From a virus (lineage: Duplodnaviria; Heunggongvirae; Uroviricota; Caudoviricetes), in IMG/VR virus record IMGVR_UViG_2579778974_000005: 13,459 bases of DNA; one strand, written 5' to 3'. A program made the position numbers and the translations under genes. Shown piece after piece: positions 5,941 to 13,459 of the stretch. The notes under the pieces were generated by a model. It saw only the letters and a program-made list of their open reading frames with translations. It ran no database searches and had not been told where the DNA came from. Each line of letters starts with the position of its first letter. Position 1 is the first letter of the stretch.

Positions 5941-8900
5941 TCAGCTAATCATGATGCCTGCAGTGGCTTTCTTCATCACCACAACCAGCAAATCGCTGAT
6001 ACTTGCTGTGGGATACCAGCCATTTACCAGCCATGCCGATACAGAAAATTCCAGTGTCATTACACCACTGCCTGCAGGCATATCAATAACACCCGTATAT
6101 ATCAGCGTATTATCCAGAGCCGTTCGGTTATAAATTTCAGCACCGTTTTTTCGTACTATCAGACGGCATGAGGAGTAGATATCAGTATGATCTTGCTCAT
6201 GTTTAGCGCCACTGAATGCCACCGCCGGAATAACAATTTGCCGGTCAAACGGCTGATCGTCATAAACCCTGACGGTAATGGTCCCTGATGGCCACCGCTC
6301 CGGTGCACGGGAGTCCCGGGGGAAAGCTTTGCCCACTGTTTTAACGAGATCGCCTTCAATCTGGTTCGCGGACAGTTTTCCCAGAACCCGGCAGTTCTCG
6401 TTAATCGTGACGTTGTTGAGCGTCCCGGAGTTCGCATTCACGTTACCGCTAATATCGGCATTTTTCGCCGTCAGCCGCCCGTCCGGTGTCAGGGAAAATG
6501 CCGGAGGATTACCGCCGCTGGTAATGGTGGGAGCCGTCAGATATTTCAGGAACACTTCGTTCATGAATATCTGATCGCCCTGACCAACAAACATCGGCTT
6601 TGTGTTGCCATTCGCAGGATTAATCATCGCAATCCTGTCCGCCGCCAGCAGCACCTGACTCTGCATACCGTCAGGGGTATTCTCAATACCGGCACCAATA
6701 CCCGCGATATAAAGGCGTCCGTCCTGCATCTGCTGCAGCTTCACAGCCCACATGCTGTTCAGGTTATTATTTGTATCAACCTGAACCTTCTGTATCTGCT
6801 GGATTGCCGCACTCTGGTCTTCCAGTTTCTTATTGACGGTCTGCGTGATTTCATTACTGACATCCGTGATGGACGTTCTGATTTCCGCCAGGTCAGGCGC
6901 AAGCTGACCGTTATCAATCTGCGTCCACAACTCCTGAGCCAGATGGGTTTTCCCTATCTCTCCTTTGAAAAAATTCAGATAGCCGGATGCATCATCACTC
7001 GGCTGGCCAACAGCCTCCACGAATGCCGATTTGCCAACGGTGTTCACACTGCGGATGTAAAAATAATAATCATGGCCCGGTTTGATATTGATACTGGCGG
7101 CTATCCAGTACAGCGCCGTGCCAAGATAGCGTGCTGTGGTTTCAACCTGCCTGATATCCGCAATCCGCTTTTCCGAGAACCAGAACTCAAACTGTACCGT
7201 CGGATCATAAACCGCAAGATGCGGCGTGGCGGTTATCTGAAAATACCCCGGTGTCAGCTCAATCTGCGACGGCGCTGCCGGTGCGGCAATCCGGAACGAT
7301 ACCGACGCCGGCTCGCCCTGCTGCCCCCACGCATTTACTGCCCGGACTGTCAGCCTGTAGTTCCCCAGAGCCAGTTGTGTGAAGCGGTAAGTGGTTTCCG
7401 TCGTCCGGGCCGTGCTGACCAGTCGCTCACGGCCGTCATCCGCTGCCACGGTCAGGCGAAGCAGGAAGCTCACGCCCTTCACCACCTTCGGCGTGTCCCA
7501 GCGGGCCAGCACCTGGTATTCCCCGCTGTCTGCGGTGACTTCTGCGGTCAGGTGCTGCACCGCTGGCGGCGTGACACCATTTACCGTGCCGCTCTGGTCG
7601 CCGTCAAAGTGCGCCCCGTTATCCACGATGGCCTCTTTTTCCGGTACATGCTGCACGGCGGTGATGGCATACGTGCCGTCGTCGTTCTCACGGATACTCA
7701 CGCAGCGGAACAGGCGCTGGCGCAACGTCGGCAGCTTCAGCCCCCATACGCTGTATTCAGCAACGCCGTCAGGAACACGGCTCACTTTCACCTTCACGCC
7801 GTCGGTGACGGACTGAACCTCCACGCTGACCGGACTCCCCTGCCCGTCAACCAGGCTTATCAGCGTGGTGCCGGAAGATGGCAGCGTGATTTCACGGTCG
7901 AGCGTCAGCGTCCGGGTCTGGCTGTTTACCGCCAGCACGCGCCCGCCGGTGCGGATACCGGCATAGTCATCATCGCAGATTTCAATGACATCGCCCGGTA
8001 CATGGCGAAGCCCTTCGGCACCCACGCTGAAGTCCACGGTCTGCGTTTCCAGCAGCTCCGTTTTAATCAGCCACAGCCCGGCGCGGTGTGCCTGCCCCCG
8101 GCTGGTACAGCCAAAGGCATCCATCTTCGTGACGTTACGACCGTAACGGAGAATGGCCTGCGTATCTTCAACAAGCTCTGTCGCCGTCTCCCAGCCGTTG
8201 TCCGGGTCAATCCAGTTCACCTCAACGGCATTATGGCGGTCCTTCAGGGCGCTGAAGCTGTAGCGGAACGGCGCGCCATCATCCGGCATCACCACATTAC
8301 TGCGGTTATAGGTCCACACCTTATCTGATGGTCGGTCCTGCACGAACGTCAGCGTCTGCCCGTTCCATACCGGCATACAGCGCATCGCCGAGCAGAAATC
8401 ACTGAGCACATCCCACGCCTTACGCTGCGTGGTCAGGTAGGCATTACAGGTGATGCGCGGCTCCGTGCCGCCAAAACCGTCCGGCACTGACTGGTCGCAG
8501 TACTGGCCGATGACATACAGCGCCCATTTATCCACATCCGCCGCACCAAGACGTTTCCCCATGCCGTAGCGCGGGTGGGTCAGCATATCCCACAGACACC
8601 AGGCCGGGTTGTTGCTGTATGCCGGCTTAAACGTTCCGTCCCAGATACCGCTGTATTGCCGCGTCTGCGGGTTATAGTTCGACGGCACCTGCAGAATGCG
8701 CCCGCGAAGATGATAATTACGGCTCACCTGCTGGCTGCCGAACTGCTCCGAGTCCACCTGCACGCCGACCAGTGCCGTGTTCGGGTAGCACTGTTTCACA
8801 TCGATGATTTCGGTGTATGACGACCAGAGCGTTTTGTTCTGCAGCTGGTCTGTGGTGCTGTCCGGCGTCATCCTGCGCATCCGGATGTTGAACGGGCGCG

Positions 8901-9420
8901 GCGGCAGGTTATCCACCACCACCGAGGCCAGATACTGCGAGGTGGTTTTGCCTTTAATGGTGATGTCTTTTTCCGTCACCCAGCCACCGTTACGCTGTAT
9001 CTGAACCAGCAGGCGGACTTCCGACGGATTCCGGTCCCCCTTTGAGGTGGTTTCCACCAGTGCCTGCACACCGAAGGTCAAGCGCAGACGGTCGATGTTT
9101 GCAGACGTGATGGTCCGGGTAATCGGCGTGTCGTACTTCACTTCCGTACCCAGCACCGTCTCGGAGCCGGAGGATTCAAATCCCTCCGGCGGTGTCTGCT
9201 CCTGCTCACCTGCCCGGAACACCACCGTGACGCCGGAGATATTGGTATTCCCCTCACTGTCCAGCACTGGCGTACTGTTCAGCAGCACGCTTTTTAATCC
9301 ATCCACCGGACCTTCAATCGGCCCTTCGCTGATGGCATCAATCACACTCAGCAACTGCGTGGACTTCAGGTTGTCCTTCGCTTCGCGCGGGGTATGCCCC
9401 TTACTGCTGCCTTTACCCAT
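5941..9420 (-). CDS. J: Tail tip host-specificity protein J (central tail fibre), 1159 aa, with a C-terminal region that differs from lambda J
   Basis: N-terminal ~790 aa ([24 protein letters not shown]..) match lambda J as recalled. The C-terminal ~350 aa differ from the lambda LamB-binding end as recalled. Confidence 0.95.
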   Translation of the reverse strand: MGKGSSKGHTPREAKDNLKSTQLLSVIDAISEGPIEGPVDGLKSVLLNSTPVLDSEGNTNISGVTVVFRAGEQEQTPPEGFESSGSETVLGTEVKYDTPITRTITSANIDRLRLTFGVQALVETTSKGDRNPSEVRLLVQIQRNGGWVTEKDITIKGKTTSQYLASVVVDNLPPRPFNIRMRRMTPDSTTDQLQNKTLWSSYTEIIDVKQCYPNTALVGVQVDSEQFGSQQVSRNYHLRGRILQVPSNYNPQTRQYSGIWDGTFKPAYSNNPAWCLWDMLTHPRYGMGKRLGAADVDKWALYVIGQYCDQSVPDGFGGTEPRITCNAYLTTQRKAWDVLSDFCSAMRCMPVWNGQTLTFVQDRPSDKVWTYNRSNVVMPDDGAPFRYSFSALKDRHNAVEVNWIDPDNGWETATELVEDTQAILRYGRNVTKMDAFGCTSRGQAHRAGLWLIKTELLETQTVDFSVGAEGLRHVPGDVIEICDDDYAGIRTGGRVLAVNSQTRTLTLDREITLPSSGTTLISLVDGQGSPVSVEVQSVTDGVKVKVSRVPDGVAEYSVWGLKLPTLRQRLFRCVSIRENDDGTYAITAVQHVPEKEAIVDNGAHFDGDQSGTVNGVTPPAVQHLTAEVTADSGEYQVLARWDTPKVVKGVSFLLRLTVAADDGRERLVSTARTTETTYRFTQLALGNYRLTVRAVNAWGQQGEPASVSFRIAAPAAPSQIELTPGYFQITATPHLAVYDPTVQFEFWFSEKRIADIRQVETTARYLGTALYWIAASINIKPGHDYYFYIRSVNTVGKSAFVEAVGQPSDDASGYLNFFKGEIGKTHLAQELWTQIDNGQLAPDLAEIRTSITDVSNEITQTVNKKLEDQSAAIQQIQKVQVDTNNNLNSMWAVKLQQMQDGRLYIAGIGAGIENTPDGMQSQVLLAADRIAMINPANGNTKPMFVGQGDQIFMNEVFLKYLTAPTITSGGNPPAFSLTPDGRLTAKNADISGNVNANSGTLNNVTINENCRVLGKLSANQIEGDLVKTVGKAFPRDSRAPERWPSGTITVRVYDDQPFDRQIVIPAVAFSGAKHEQDHTDIYSSCRLIVRKNGAEIYNRTALDNTLIYTGVIDMPAGSGVMTLEFSVSAWLVNGWYPTASISDLLVVVMKKATAGIMIS

Positions 9421-9480
9421 TCCTCACGCTCCATAAACGACAAAACCGCCCGCAGGCGGTTTCACATAAAACATTTTGCA

Positions 9481-10152
9481 TCAGCGACCAATCACCACAA
9501 CCTGACCACCGTCCCCTTCGTCTGCCGTGCTGATCTCCTGAGAAACCACCCGTGACCCCACGCGCATTTCACCGTACAGAACGGGCAGAACATTGCTCTG
9601 GGCAACCATGTTATCCAGGGAGGAGAAATAGGTGTTCTGTTTGCCGTTATCCGTTGTCTGTGTACGGGGAGTTCTGGCTTTCGGTGCCAGCATCTGCGCC
9701 ACACCACCGAGCACCATACTGGCACCGAGAGAAAACAGGATGCCGGTCATACCACCGGCCCCAATGGCTGCCCCCCATGCTGCAAGGGTGGCTCCGGCGG
9801 TAAAGAATGATCCGGCAATGGCGGCAGCCCCCAGGACAATCTGGAATACGCCCCCTGACTTGGCCCCGGCGACTCTGGGAACAATATGAATCACAGCGCC
9901 ATCAGGCAGAGTCTCATGTAACTGCGCCGTTAACCCGGACGTGCTGACGTCCCGCCCGGCAATCCGTACCTGATACCAGCCGTCGCTCAGTTTCTGACGA
10001 AACGCCGGGAGCTGTGTGGCCAGTGCCCGGATGGCTTCAGCCCCCGTTTTCACACGAAGGTCGATGCGGCGACCAAATCGTTGTAAATCCCCGTAAAGGC
10101 AGATGCGCGCCATGCCCGGTGACGCCAGAGGGAGTGTGTGCGTCGCTGCCAT
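9481..10152 (-). CDS. I: Tail tip assembly protein I (223 aa)
   Basis: Translation MAATHTLPLASPGMARICLYGDLQRFGRRIDLRV.. matches lambda gpI from memory. Overlaps the 3' end of K by ~100 nt, as in lambda. Confidence 0.95.
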   Translation of the reverse strand: MAATHTLPLASPGMARICLYGDLQRFGRRIDLRVKTGAEAIRALATQLPAFRQKLSDGWYQVRIAGRDVSTSGLTAQLHETLPDGAVIHIVPRVAGAKSGGVFQIVLGAAAIAGSFFTAGATLAAWGAAIGAGGMTGILFSLGASMVLGGVAQMLAPKARTPRTQTTDNGKQNTYFSSLDNMVAQSNVLPVLYGEMRVGSRVVSQEISTADEGDGGQVVVIGR

Positions 10153-10793
10153 TTGTCGGTGTACCTCTCTCGTTTGCTCAGTTGTTCAGGAATATGGTGC
10201 AGCAGCTCGCCGTCGCCGCAGTAAATTGCGGCGTGATTCGGCACCGATGAACCAAAACAGCACAGCAGCACATCGCCCGGCTGTGCCGCTGACAACGGCA
10301 CCTGATACAGCCCCGTCGCCTCCAGATTATCCAGATAGAGATTCTGGCAGTTACGCCACCAGTCATCCTCACGATGAAAGTCCGGCATCTCAATCCCCGC
10401 CAGATGATAAGCATCCCGGAACAGCGTGTAACAGTCCGTCACCCCGTGCTCAAAGCACCGCCCGGTAAGATGCGGCACACAGCGGAACTTGTGAATCGCC
10501 CCCCGGCAGACCAGCCACCACGGCAAATCACTCTGCACCTGCAGCCGCCGGTCGGTCTCACTCAGCCAGGGCAGACCACCGGGGTGGCTGTGGACCAGCG
10601 CCACAATCTCACCCTGCATTTCTGCCTGCAGCCAGTCTTCCGGCGACATACGGAAATAATCCTCCGGCTCACCGGAGATATTCACGCCGGGGAAATATCT
10701 TTCCCCCTCCGGCGCTCTCACCACGAAGCCGCACGACTCCGCTGGCGCACATCGCCGGGCGTGCGCCAGAATCGCTGATTCTGTCTCTGTCAT
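10050..10793 (-). CDS. K: Tail tip assembly protein K (JAB/MPN metalloprotease-like plus NlpC/P60 domains), 247 aa from the ATG at 10791..10793
   Basis: JAMM-like motif HSHPGG..SETD and an NlpC/P60-like Cys/His pair (..VTDCYTLF.., ..NHAAIY..). The ATG at 10791..10793 lies 4 nt after the L stop. The classical 199-aa lambda annotation would start at the ATG at 10647..10649; the track's longer ORF (to 10835) overlaps L. Confidence 0.9.
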   Translation of the reverse strand: MTETESAILAHARRCAPAESCGFVVRAPEGERYFPGVNISGEPEDYFRMSPEDWLQAEMQGEIVALVHSHPGGLPWLSETDRRLQVQSDLPWWLVCRGAIHKFRCVPHLTGRCFEHGVTDCYTLFRDAYHLAGIEMPDFHREDDWWRNCQNLYLDNLEATGLYQVPLSAAQPGDVLLCCFGSSVPNHAAIYCGDGELLHHIPEQLSKRERYTDKWQRRTHSLWRHRAWRASAFTGIYNDLVAASTFV

Positions 10794-10797
10794 GGGA

Positions 10798-11496
10798 TTA
10801 CTGCGAAAGTTTGTTAATGGAAAGGAAGCCGCCAAAATTGCCGACGTTATTGCGAAACTTACAGCCGCTCAGGCATTTGCTGCATTTATCCTTCGTGATA
10901 TCGGACGTCGGCTGGTCATATTCATCCGCGACTGCCGGACCGTGATAACCGCACTCATCACCGCGATAGGTCCAGGTGCAGGTGTTGGCCAGCATGATAC
11001 GCCCCGGAAAAACAGCGCCGTCCGTTTCCGTCGGCGTGGACAGTACAAAAGAGGCACTGACCGCGCTCAGTTCGCTGCACTGCTCGATGCGCCAGCGGCT
11101 GATCACCTCCTGCTCCGGATCGGCGTCACTGTTTCCGTTGACGAAGTTCACCGCATCCAGAAAACGGGCGTAAACCTTACGCCGGACCACCGTTCCGCCG
11201 ACCAGACTCTGCAGATCTTCCGCCATCCCGGTGACCATACCGTACAGGTTAGAAACCGTCAGCGTGGGGCGCGTACTGGTGCCTTTGCCATTCAGTTCAA
11301 AACCACTCCCCTGAATGGGATACGGCTGATACTGTCGCCCCTGCCAGGTGACCGGCTCACCTTTTTCGTTCTGCTCATTACAGAAAAAATAACGTTCTCC
11401 ACCGACCTCTGTCAGATCGATTTCCCAGAGCACCACGCTGGCCGACTGCTCCGCACGGGTGCATTCATTCAGTGTTTCCTGCCGGATATCCTGCAT
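10798..11496 (-). CDS. L: Minor tail protein L (232 aa)
   Basis: MQDIRQETLNECTRAEQSASVVLWEIDL.. matches lambda gpL from memory. ATGA start/stop overlap with M. Confidence 0.95.
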   Translation of the reverse strand: MQDIRQETLNECTRAEQSASVVLWEIDLTEVGGERYFFCNEQNEKGEPVTWQGRQYQPYPIQGSGFELNGKGTSTRPTLTVSNLYGMVTGMAEDLQSLVGGTVVRRKVYARFLDAVNFVNGNSDADPEQEVISRWRIEQCSELSAVSASFVLSTPTETDGAVFPGRIMLANTCTWTYRGDECGYHGPAVADEYDQPTSDITKDKCSKCLSGCKFRNNVGNFGGFLSINKLSQ

Positions 11497-11825
11497 CAGT
11501 TCACCACCTGTTTAAACTCTGCGCTGAACTCAACACGCAACATACTGACCTGCGACGACCATTTTGCGCAGGTCACCTTTATCTGCCTGTAGCCATAAGG
11601 CGGCGTCCACAGAAAGGCCTTCCAGCCCCCGTGCTCAGCCAGAAACGACTCCAGCGCCGTGGCCTCCTCACGGGAGACAGACAGCGTCACGCTGTACGTT
11701 TTCAGGTCAGCGTTCAGCCCGGCAGGCGCACGCTGGGAATAGCCATCACCAAAGCGCACCTCCCTGACGGAAGGAGCCGATGTCACATCCATCCCGGGTT
11801 TCACTTTCCAGCGGAAGGTTTTCAT
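11496..11825 (-). CDS. M: Minor tail protein M (109 aa)
   Basis: MKTFRWKVKPGMDV..SQRAPAGLNA.LKTYSVTLSV matches lambda gpM from memory. ATGA overlap with the H stop. Confidence 0.95.
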   Translation of the reverse strand: MKTFRWKVKPGMDVTSAPSVREVRFGDGYSQRAPAGLNADLKTYSVTLSVSREEATALESFLAEHGGWKAFLWTPPYGYRQIKVTCAKWSSQVSMLRVEFSAEFKQVVN

Positions 11826-13372
11826 CGTCCACCTCCGGAGAACAGACCACCATCGCGCATCTGTGCCTGGATTTCATCACGGGCACCCTTGCGGGCCATG
11901 TCATACACTGCCTTCAGAGCAGCCGGACCTATCTGCCCGTTCGTGCCGTCGTTGTTAATCACCACATGGTTATTCTGCTCAAACGTCCCGGACGCCTGCG
12001 ACCGGCTGTCTGCCATGCTGCCCGGTGTACCGACATAACCGCCGGTGGCATAGCCGCGCATCAGCCGGTAAAGATTCCCCACGCCAATCCGGCTGGTTGC
12101 CTCCTTTGTGAAGACAAATTCACCACGGTGAACAATCCCCGCTGGCTCATATTTGCCGCCGGTTCCCGTAAATCCTCCGGTTGCAAAATGGAATTTCGCC
12201 GCAGCGGCCTGAATGGCTGTACCGCCTGACGCGGATGCGCCGCCACCAACAGCCCCGCCAATGGCGCTGCCGATACTCCCGACAATCCCCACCATTGCCT
12301 GCTTAAGCAGAATTTCTGTCATCATGGACAGCACGGAACGGGTGAAGCTGCGCCAGTTCTGCTCACTGCCGGTCAGCATCGCCGCCATATTCTGCGCAAT
12401 ACCATCAAAGGTCTGCGCGGCTGCACTTTTAACCTGCGACATACTGTCCGTGGCGCTCTCTTCCCACTCACTCCAGCCGGACTTCAGGCCTGCCATCCAG
12501 CTCCCGCGAAGCTGGTCTTCAGCCGCCCAGGTCTTTTTCTGCTCTGACATGACGTTATTCAGCGCCAGAGGATTATCGCCATACTGTTCCTTCAGGCGCT
12601 GTTCTGTGGCTTCCCGCGCTGCCTGCCGGTCAGTCAGCCCCCGGCTTTTCGCATCAATGGCGGTCCGTTTTGCCCGTTGCTGCTGTGCGAATTTATCCGC
12701 CTGCTGCGCCAGCGCGTTCAGGCGCTCCTGATACGTAACCTTGTCGCCAAGTGCAGCCAGCTGGCGTTTATACTCCAGCGTCTCATCTTTATGCGCCAGC
12801 AGGGATTTCTCCTGTGCAGACAGCTGGCGACGTTGCGCCGCCTCCTCCAGTACCGCGAACTGACTCTCCGCCTTCCACAAATCCCGGCGCTGCTGGCTGA
12901 TTTTCTCATTTGCTCCGGCATGCTTCTCCAGCGTCCGGAGTTCAGCCTGAAGCGTCAGCAGGGCAGCATGAGCACTGTCTTCCTGACGATCGCCCGCAGA
13001 CACCTTCACGCCGGACTGTTTCGGCTTTTTCAGCGTCGCTTCATAGTCCTTTTTCGCCGCCGCCATCAGCGTGTTGTAATCTGCCTGCAGAATTTTCCCG
13101 TCCTTCAGTGCCTTGTTCAGTTCTTCCTGACGGGCGGTATATTTCTCCAGCGGCGTCTGCAGCCGTTCGTAAGCCTTCTGCGCCTCTTCGGTATATTTCA
13201 GCCGTGACGCTTCAGTATCGCTCTGCTGCTGCGCATTTGTGTCCTGTTGACTCTGCTGTTCAGCCTTCTTTCGGGCGGCTTCAAGCGCAAGACGGGCCTT
13301 TTCACGATCATCCCAGTAACGCGCCCGCGCTTCATCGTTAACAAAATAATCATCCTTGCGCAGACTCCAGAT
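11822..13372 (-). CDS. H: Tail tape measure protein H, C-terminal ~515 codons only; the 5' portion is missing and replaced at 13373 by a fragment of gene I
   Basis: From ..IWSLRKDDYFVNDEARARYWDDREKARLALEAARKKAEQQ.. to the C-terminal ..MRDGGLFSGGGR the translation matches lambda gpH as recalled. The residues upstream of IW in the track ORF are an out-of-frame reading of the duplicated gene I fragment. Confidence 0.85.
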   Translation of the reverse strand: MWSLRKDDYFVNDEARARYWDDREKARLALEAARKKAEQQSQQDTNAQQQSDTEASRLKYTEEAQKAYERLQTPLEKYTARQEELNKALKDGKILQADYNTLMAAAKKDYEATLKKPKQSGVKVSAGDRQEDSAHAALLTLQAELRTLEKHAGANEKISQQRRDLWKAESQFAVLEEAAQRRQLSAQEKSLLAHKDETLEYKRQLAALGDKVTYQERLNALAQQADKFAQQQRAKRTAIDAKSRGLTDRQAAREATEQRLKEQYGDNPLALNNVMSEQKKTWAAEDQLRGSWMAGLKSGWSEWEESATDSMSQVKSAAAQTFDGIAQNMAAMLTGSEQNWRSFTRSVLSMMTEILLKQAMVGIVGSIGSAIGGAVGGGASASGGTAIQAAAAKFHFATGGFTGTGGKYEPAGIVHRGEFVFTKEATSRIGVGNLYRLMRGYATGGYVGTPGSMADSRSQASGTFEQNNHVVINNDGTNGQIGPAALKAVYDMARKGARDEIQAQMRDGGLFSGGGR

Positions 13373-13459
13373 CCACCGAGCACCATACTGGCACCGAGAG
13401 AAAACAGGATGCCGGTCATACCACCGGCCCCAATGGCTGCCCCCCATGCTGCAAGGGTG
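13373..13459. repeat. Exact 87-bp direct copy of gene I internal sequence (9704..9790), abutting truncated H and running off the window edge
   Basis: 13373..13459 is identical base-for-base to 9704..9790 (offset 3669 bp); the flanking bases 13372 and 9703 differ. Confidence 0.9.

Noticed and set aside
6943-8328. 461-aa plus-strand ORF
   Set aside because: Lies entirely antisense within J, whose minus-strand reading matches lambda J; long antisense ORFs are expected in GC-rich coding DNA.
9442-9461. Hairpin AAACCGCC-CGCA-GGCGGTTT between I and J as a terminator
   Set aside because: On the transcribed strand it is followed only by a broken T-run, and it sits inside an essential co-transcribed gene pair; more likely a translational or stability element than a terminator.
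10103-10835. Plus-strand ORFs 10103..10468 and 10374..10778 and the track's 261-aa K ORF start at 10835
   Set aside because: The plus-strand ORFs are antisense to K; the 10835 start would overlap L and lacks coupling signals, whereas the ATG at 10791..10793 follows the L stop by 4 nt.
11472-13341. Plus-strand ORFs 11472..12038, 11780..12229, 12213..12731, 12677..13207 and 12910..13341
   Set aside because: All are antisense to M or H, which have clear lambda-matching translations on the minus strand.

Overview
This window is the tail-tip and tail-fibre end of a lambda-like (lambdoid) prophage, read on the minus strand, abutting the 3' end of a host ferritin-like DUF892 gene (yciE-like, plus strand, 1..279). 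The minus-strand order from high to low coordinates is: tape-measure H (C-terminal part only), M, L, K, I, J, a rho-independent terminator, a side tail fibre (Stf-like, 781 aa), three tightly coupled small genes (93 aa acidic; 234 aa coiled-coil plus S74-type intramolecular chaperone domain; 97 aa two-helix membrane protein), and a tfa 3' remnant. An AT-rich SAM-dependent methyltransferase gene follows on the plus strand, then an 89-aa tfa-like ORF, a doubtful small ORF and an AT-rich junction. H, M, L, K and I look near-identical to phage lambda proteins as I remember them. J diverges in its C-terminal region, and lom is absent. The points most worth a second look are: (1) the coupled three-gene cassette after stf, (2) the methyltransferase bracketed by diverged direct copies of a tfa 3' end, and (3) an exact 87-bp copy of an internal fragment of gene I fused to the interior of H at the right edge of the window. 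No rRNA, tRNA or CRISPR array was recognised. All calls rest on reading the sequence and ORF translations by eye and on recalled protein families; no searches were run.
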